Below are positions 55,239-64,000 of a stretch of DNA of 64,000 nucleotides, piece after piece. The DNA comes from Eledone cirrhosa. Taxonomy: Eukaryota. The notes beneath the pieces are model-generated. The model ran no database searches. It was not told the DNA's origin and worked only from the letters and a program-made list of their open reading frames with translations. The translations under genes were made by a program, and so were the position numbers. Where the stretch lies: assembly GCA_964016885.1 (NCBI GenBank), contig OZ024746.1, forward strand, positions 5,890,001 through 5,954,000, read 5' to 3'. Numbering within the stretch: position 1 is the first letter of the stretch; the number at the start of each line of letters is the position of its first letter.

Positions 55239-55404
55239 ATAATTGTTGCTACATTAGGCACAAGGTCAGCAAATAACCAGTACATTACTGGTACTTTATT
55301 TTATCAACCCCGTAAAGTTAACCTCGGCGGGATTTGAACTCAGACCATAAAAGGACGTAACTATGCTAGAAAACATGACGTCCGACCCTCTACCGATACT
55401 ACCA
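55239..55404 (-). mobile_element. SINE family A
   Basis: Sequence match to family A. Confidence 0.85.
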
Positions 55405-55703
55405 ATTAAAATAATGTGAGAGATTGAATAATGAAAAATACCTTGTGGAAGGAAAAGAGAAAGTAAAAAGAAGTATTGGAGTGATACGATAGCTATCGAT
55501 ATAACTTATTTCTTGAACTACTCCATCGATGGCAACACAAAATATCGATATCATAGAGAAATAATACAAATAAAAACACAAAACAAACAAAAATACGCCC
55601 CGCCCCCTCCTTAAAAAACAGACAGAAAAAAAAAGTGAAAAAGTGTCATGTACTTTTGAAAGAAACATTTGCCCTTCGGTTTACTGTTTCTTTCATGTCA
55701 CTC

Positions 55704-56200
55704 TTGTTGTTACTGTTGTTGTTGTTGGTGGTGGTGTTATTGTTGGTGGTATATTGGTGGTGGTGGTGTTGTTGTTGTTGGTGGTGGTGGTGTCACTGGT
55801 GTTGTTGGTGGTGTTATTGCTGTTGTTGTTACTGTTGTTGTTGTCACTGTTGTTATTGGTGTTGTTGTTGGTGGTGGTGTTGGTGGTGTTGTTAGTGGTG
55901 TTGTTGGTGGTGTTGTTGTTGGTGGTGGTGTTGTTGGTGGTGTTGTTAGTGGTGTTGTTGGTGGTGTTGTTGGTGGTGGTGATGTTGGCGTTGTTGTTGT
56001 TGTTGGTGGTGTTGGTGTTGTCGTTGGTGGTGGTGTTGGTGTTTTTGTTGGTGGTAGTGTTGGTGGTGTTAATACTGTTGTTGTTACTGTTGTTGTTACT
56101 GGTGTTGTTGTTCTTGATGCTGTTGTTATTGGTGTTGTTGGCGGTGTTGGTGTTGTTGGTGTTGTTGTTGTTGCTGTTGTTGCTGCCGTTGTTGTTGTTT
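55704..56200. repeat. (GTT/GGT)n tract
   Basis: Direct reading. Confidence 0.95.
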
Positions 56201-56845
56201 TATCAAGAGTAGTTTAACAATGTTATCCTTCTTTTGTTGGGGGTCATTATTATATCAGATTATTATCGGAAGGTTAATGTTTATCTGTTTTTCCTAATAG
56301 ACTCTACTTATGTTTCCACAGCATAAACTTATATTTTCAATATTTTCTTACTCTCTCACCTGCTCTTGTCTTTCAATTCTACCTTTTAACGTATTTATAT
56401 ATATTTATTTGCACACGGTAAAAGGGACTATTTTCAGAGCACCTGATAAAATAGGTCAGGTTAAATATGTCTTAGTAAAAGGTAAAAGAAACTAAAAATA
56501 TTTCTAAAAGATTTAAAAAGAAAACCTTCAAATAAATAAGAAAAACACACACAAAAATACACAAAATAAACCGAGAAAAACACAGATAAAACACAGATAA
56601 AACATACACCCCACAAAAAAATCACAAATAAAATTACGTTAGAAAGCAAAATTGAAACAAAATAAAAGGAAAAACAGAGAGAAAAATAGTGGCATGGTAC
56701 TGGTAGATCTATACACAGAGATGTTTATACACCTGAGACCACCAACAGACACACACATTTACGCAACACGTGCACATACACACAGATACACACATCTTTC
56801 TCTCTCTCTATATATATATATATTTATGTTTTTTGTTTTCTGTTT

Positions 56846-56993
<148 letters not shown>

Positions 56994-56994
56994 A

Positions 56995-57915
<921 letters not shown>

Positions 57916-57916
57916 T

Positions 57917-58422
<506 letters not shown>

Positions 58423-58891
58423 AAACAGAAAACAAAAAAACAACAACGAAGCGAAGAGGCAGTACAAAGTGTTAATTAGGTTCACGTGTAAAAGTGTAAA
58501 AGGTTCACGCTTGAGAGTGGGAATAATAAAAAATTGAAGACTAAAATCCGAAGAGGGCTCGATAAGGATAAATGTATATCAAATATATAAGAACCATAGA
58601 ACAAATATTTATTAAAATAACAGATCAGAAGATCCCGTTAAGGGTGAAAGCTTTGAATTCTTTGCTTAAACTTTAATAAATATAAATATACGCACACAAC
58701 TACACACGCATACACACACCCACACACCCCACACATACCGTACACACACACACACGCACACATACACACACAGGTACATATACAGACACACAGTAGCAAA
58801 TCTACCAAATATTATGGAGGAGAGAGAGAAACATCATATTGTACATAGATTGAACTTAGTGAATTCGTCCTGTCATTTCGTATATTACTTA

Positions 58892-59995
58892 GATTGAAGG
58901 CTGGGGTTTAATTTGGACATTCCATTGTATGTCTTTCAATTGAGGGCTGGGGTTTAATTTGGACATTCCATTGTATGTCTTTCAATTGAGGGCTGGGGTT
59001 TAATTTGGACATTCCATTGTGTGTCTTTCGATAGAAGGCTGAGGTTTAATTTGGACATTCCATTGTATGTCTTTCAATTGAGGGCTGGGGTTTAATTTGG
59101 ACATTCCATTGTGTGTCTTTCGATTGAGGGCTGAGGTTTAATTTGGACATTCCATTGTGTGTCTCTCGATTGAGGGCTGGGGTTTAATTTGGACATTCCA
59201 TTGTGTGTCTTTCGATAGAGGGGTGAGGTTTAATTTGGACATTCCATTGTGTGTCTCTCGATTGAGGGCTGGGGTTTAATTTGGACATTCCATTGTGTGT
59301 CTTTCAATTGAGGGCTGGGGTTTAATTTGGACATTCCATTGTGTGTCTTTCAATTGAGGGCTGGGGTTTAATTTGGATATTCCATTGTGTGTCTCTCGAT
59401 TGAGGGCTGAGGTTTAATTTGAACATTCCATTGTGTGTCTTTCGATTGAGGGCTGGGGTTTAATTTGGACATTCCATTGTGTGTCTTTCGATTGAGGGCT
59501 GGGGTTTAATTTGGACATTCAATTGTGTGTCTTTCGATTGAGGGCTGGGGTTTAATTTGGACATTCCATTGTGTGTCTTTCGATTGAGGGCTGGGGTTTA
59601 ATTTGGACATTCCATTGTGTGTCTTTCGATTGAGGGCTGAGGTTTAATTTGGACATTCCATTGTGTGTCTTTCGATTGAGGGCTGGGGTTTAATTTGGAC
59701 ATTCCATTGTGTGTCTTTCGATTGAGGGCTGGGGTTTAATTTGGACATTCCATTGTGTGTCTTTCGATTGAGGGCTGGGGTTTAATTTGGACATTCCATT
59801 GTGTGTCTTTCGATTGAGGGCTGGGGTTTAATTTGGACATTCCATTGTGTGTCTTTCGATTGAGGGCTGGGGTTTAATTTGGACATTCCATTGTGTGTCT
59901 TTCGATTGAGGGTTGGTGTTTAATTTGGACATTCCATTATATGTCTTTCGATTAAGGGCTGGTGTCTAATTTGGACATTCCAATGTGTGTTTTCG
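58892..59995. repeat. 46-bp minisatellite, about 24 copies
   Basis: Unit attgagggctggggtttaatttggacattccattgtgtgtctttcg. Confidence 0.97.
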
Positions 59996-60074
59996 ACACA
60001 TACACTCACTCATGTATAGATATATTCACACAAACACTAACAATAATTATACCCAACGTGTGTGCTCAATTCGT

Positions 60075-60159
<85 letters not shown>

Positions 60160-60161
<2 letters not shown>

Positions 60162-61301
60162 TTAAGGGTACTATTTATGGTTATGTATGCAATAAAACCT
60201 TTAATGGTAATATATTATATATACACAAACCCTAAATAGTGAAAGATAGTCATTAATTACTATCCTATTACCAGTAAGATAAATAGCCCAATGTAATAAC
60301 ATCATTTGTTTTACAGAGCAGTTATATAGAGATTACAATAATCAAAGTTCCATTTAAGTCATTTATTTGCTTACAATTGTTTCCTCCAAACCGAGGTTTG
60401 GATTCTTCGGAGCAACTATTTACTGATCTATAACATACTTGACCTCCTTTTCAACCCAAGAGACACATAAAACATATGCGCATATTGATCAACAGTGGGG
60501 TAACATTCATCAAATGATATAGCATGGCAATTTACATATAAAGGTTACAGGATAAAAATAAAATAAAAACAAGAATGAAAATAAAGATAAACATGAAGCG
60601 TTGGCAGTCAATGAAGATAAAGCAAGAGGAAAGTTTAGAGTAGTCAGTGTATGAAACAGTCTCACGTGTAGCATGCACGCGTGTCTTATTTATACATGAT
60701 TAGAGTGCGTCAGAATGATACTTGCAGGGTCAGGCAGTTGAAGCAGGCAATCGATCTTATTATGTGGGCTGGATTATTAAGTCATTTATTCTCATACATC
60801 TGTATGATATACAGTCTCGGATGCAGGGATACAGATGTATGAGAATAAATGACTTAATAATCCAGCCCACATAATAAGATCGATTGCCTGCTTCAACTGC
60901 CTGACCCTGCAAGTATCATTCTGACGCACTCTAATCATGTATAAATAAGACACGCGTGCATGCTACACGTGAGACTGTTTCATACACTAACTACTCTAAA
61001 CTTTCCTCTTGCTTTATCTTCATTGACTGCCAACGCTTCATGTTTATCTTTATTTTCATTCTTGTTTTTATTTTATTTTTATCCTGTAACCTTTATATGT
61101 AAATTGCCATGCTATATCATTTGATGAATGTCACCCCACTGTTGATCAATATGCGCATATGTTTTATGTGTCTCTTGGGTTGAAAAGGAGGTCAAGTATG
61201 TTATAGATCAGTAAATAGTTGCTCCGAAGAATCCAAACCTCGGTTTGGAGGAAACAGTTGTAAGCAAATAAATGACTTAAACTGAACTTTGATTATTGTA
61301 A

Positions 61302-61305
<4 letters not shown>
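60160..61305 (-). mobile_element. PLE-type fold-back insert with arms of about 477 bp, each carrying an HHR-like motif
   Basis: 60328-60804 is inverted against 60828-61305; (TA)n on both sides. Confidence 0.9.
61219..61267 (+). ncRNA. Hammerhead motif with U4C core change (mirror copy on minus strand at 60367-60415)
   Basis: ttgct-CCGAAGA-a tccaaacc tc ggtttgga g-GAAA-cagttg-TA-agcaa. Confidence 0.7.
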
Positions 61306-61337
<32 letters not shown>

Positions 61338-62359
61338 CACAGCTGTAGTGAATCTTAGAATGCTGGTTTTCTATATTTGTCACCATCCTCTTCCTTCCTC
61401 AGTACGTGACGGAAAAATATATAAATATGTAAATATACACACATTCGCTGTTGCTATAGTTGATTAGGAAAAAAGGAGGTGAATTGTCAGAAAAGTTATA
61501 ACGTTGATTTGTCGCATTTGTTCCTGCTCTTTCCATCATCCTAAGTTCAAATCCCACCGAGGCCAACTTTGCATTCCATCTTTCCGTTGTCAATGAAAGA
61601 GTACCAGTCATGTACTGGGGAGGATTCTTCTTCTATATCTCTTTCTCACTTCCTTTCTCGTATTCTCTGTATCTTTCTCTGAAAGAAATCTGTTGTGTTC
61701 AGAACTGGAGAGGAGATGAGTTCCGCCAGGTTTAAAAATCCCTTCCCTAGAAATGCCGTATATTAATTAATACAGTGCCTCTACGACATCCCCAGGAGTT
61801 AGGGGTATATACAATATATTCCTAGTTTCTCTAGGTTCAGTTGTGTATCAATTAGTTACCTGTTGATATTTCCTCTCTGTTGTATTGATTATTTATCCTC
61901 AGATGACTATCGGAACGTCAGCAGTCCCTCTAAGGAAGGAGACCCGCGAGGTTGTGTGGCGGTTACTGCGGGTGTCGCTAGCCACTGTCCGAGGAATGCC
62001 TTTGCAAATTTGTCCTGCAACCGAAACATCGCTCCCACCTAGGTGCAGAACCTGTCATCCTCTCCCCTTTCCCTATATGTCTTCCGTAGCATAATAATCC
62101 TTACTCTTTCCCTCCTTTTCTTCTCATTTACGACATTTATAGTGCTTTACTTTCCTATACAGCCAAATCTGCCCTTCTTTATCACTTCCCTCATTGTTTT
62201 CATTACTTACCTTTCTTTTTATGTTTTTTAATAGTTCTATCATTGTAAAAATAGTTGTCGTATCATCCGTTTTGTTTTTATAGTACTGGCGGTATATTCC
62301 ATGTCAAAGTATTTCTTCCAGTTAGAGACTAATACTATTATAGGAAAGTAATAATAGTG

Positions 62360-62910
62360 GCACTCGTCGGTTACGACGACGAGTGTTCCAGTTGATACGA
62401 TTAACCGAACAGTCTGCTTGTGAGATGAACGTGCAAGTGGCTGAGCATTCCACAAACACGCATACATTTAAGATAGTTTTCAGAGAGATTCAGCGTGACA
62501 CAGAATGTGACAATGCTGCTCCTTCGAATTACAGGGGCACCTGAGTGGCCACCTGAGTGGACTGGAGCAATTTGAACGAAGTGTCTTGCTTAAGGACACA
62601 TCATGCCGCCGGGAATCATGTGTAATCTGAATACCCTAACCACAATGCCACGCGCCTTCACAACTCTCGCAATAACAAAATATATATTAAATCAATGCGT
62701 ACCCATAACCTCGTCCTCGGGGAGATTCAGCGAGAATGTGACAAGGCTGACCTTTCCAATTACAGATACATCTTATTTGTTCCAGCTGAGTGGACTGGTG
62801 CAACGTTAGATAAAGTGTCTTGCTCAAGGACACAACGTGCCACTAGGAACCGAACTCACGACCTTACGATCGTGAGCCAAATGCCCTAACCACAATGTCA
62901 CTCGCATTCA
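62360..62910 (-). mobile_element. Two SINE family B copies
   Basis: gtggactggagcaa..aagtgtcttgctcaaggacac..ccctaaccac occurs twice. Confidence 0.75.
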
Positions 62911-63389
62911 CAGGAAAGGAATAATATTGTCAGTAAAATAATGAGTCAGAAATTGGAATTATATATTAGAACTTTACATTGGAAGTATTCCTTCCTATAA
63001 TTGTTCCTAGAGCAAAGATGTAGGCAGAGTCAGCAAGTTGTAGAAAGGTCCATAACAGTAAATAGTTCAGTGAGAAGGAGAAATTAAATTTTCTTTCTTC
63101 CATGCAACACTAACATATTTAGATTATGTAAGATAATTTTATATAACAGTTATTTCTTCGTAGAAAAAAACTATTTATGAAATTGAGAAAAAGAAATTTC
63201 ATTTTCTGCTATAATAATTTATTCAAATTGGCCAAGTTCATTGGAAAGATGCAAATGTAATGCATTAGAAATCCAACTTATACGTCTTTCCAAACAACAC
63301 TATTTTCTGAGCTAATGAGAGTTTCCACGTGGTTGTTCAACCTTCTAAACACAACAATCAAAATTTCCTCAAATAAAATAACACATTAT

Positions 63390-63578
63390 ATAATTGTTTC
63401 TACTTTTGGCACCAGGCCAGTAATTATCACAGTGCATTACTGGTACTTTATTTTATCGACCCTGTAAGGATGAAAGGCAAAGTTAACCTCGGCGGGATTT
63501 GAACTCAGGTCATAAAGGGAGGTAACTCTATGCTTCAAAGCATGGCGCCCGACCCTCTACCAATACTGCCAATCCACC
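63390..63578 (-). mobile_element. SINE family A
   Basis: Sequence match to family A. Confidence 0.9.
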
Positions 63579-63799
63579 ATATAATGTAGACTGTATGCAT
63601 ACATGATCCCTTAATTCCCGGGGGTGTCGTAGGATGGTCGTATTGGTATACGGCGTTTCTATGGCATTTTAAAATCTGATGGAGCCCAATTCTCTCCAGG
63701 TCTGAATACAATAGATTTCTTCTAGAGAAGGAAAGAGAGTGAGAGCGAATGGACGTGAGAAAGATATATAGAGGATGAATCTACCTCAGTACTTGACTG

Positions 63800-63999
63800 G
63801 TACAAGGCCAAACATTTTAGCGAGGGAAAAGTCGATTAAATTGACCCCAGTTCTTTACTTGTATATTATTTTAATGACTACGTAAGGACGAAAGGCAAAG
63901 TTAACCTCGGCGGGATTTAAACTAAGAACTTAAAGAATGGTAACTCTATGCTGCAAACCATGTGGCCGATGCCCTACCGATTACTGCCAATCCACCCCC
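63800..63999 (-). mobile_element. Family A-related SINE
   Basis: gaaaggcaaagttaacctcggcgggattt..ctgccaatccacc. Confidence 0.8.
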
Positions 64000-64000
64000 T

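Noticed and set aside
58626-58655. cagaaga-t-ccc..ggg-t-gaaa-gc-tt
   Set aside because: Core U4 is mutated and stem I is absent; too weak
58892-59995. CRISPR-like regular array (also 4221-4957 and 21808-22420)
   Set aside because: Units are contiguous with no unique spacers, there are no cas genes and the context is eukaryotic: these are minisatellites

Overview
AT-rich, microsatellite-saturated animal DNA with no confidently identifiable host gene; the SINE repertoire suggests a mollusc, probably a coleoid cephalopod (inference). Most short ORFs in the track are translations of simple repeats. Contents: two Penelope-like elements (PLEs) with RT and GIY-YIG domains (one near full length at 49952-54523, with inverted and direct pseudo-LTRs), decayed PLE, Tx1-, CR1-, RTE- and CRE-like LINE fragments, about 20 tRNA-derived SINEs mostly on the minus strand, MITEs, minisatellites and an intron-containing tRNA-Tyr pseudogene. 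The main unexplained layer is a set of short ORF-less inserts in (TA)n tracts. Many carry type I hammerhead ribozyme (HHR) motifs, including a compensatory U3-A8 core in several elements and very large stem II domains. They occur as head-to-tail units of 1.0-1.4 copies (retrozyme-like) and/or as fold-back palindromes that appear to be regenerated at each insertion. All RNA structures were paired by eye and are untested.
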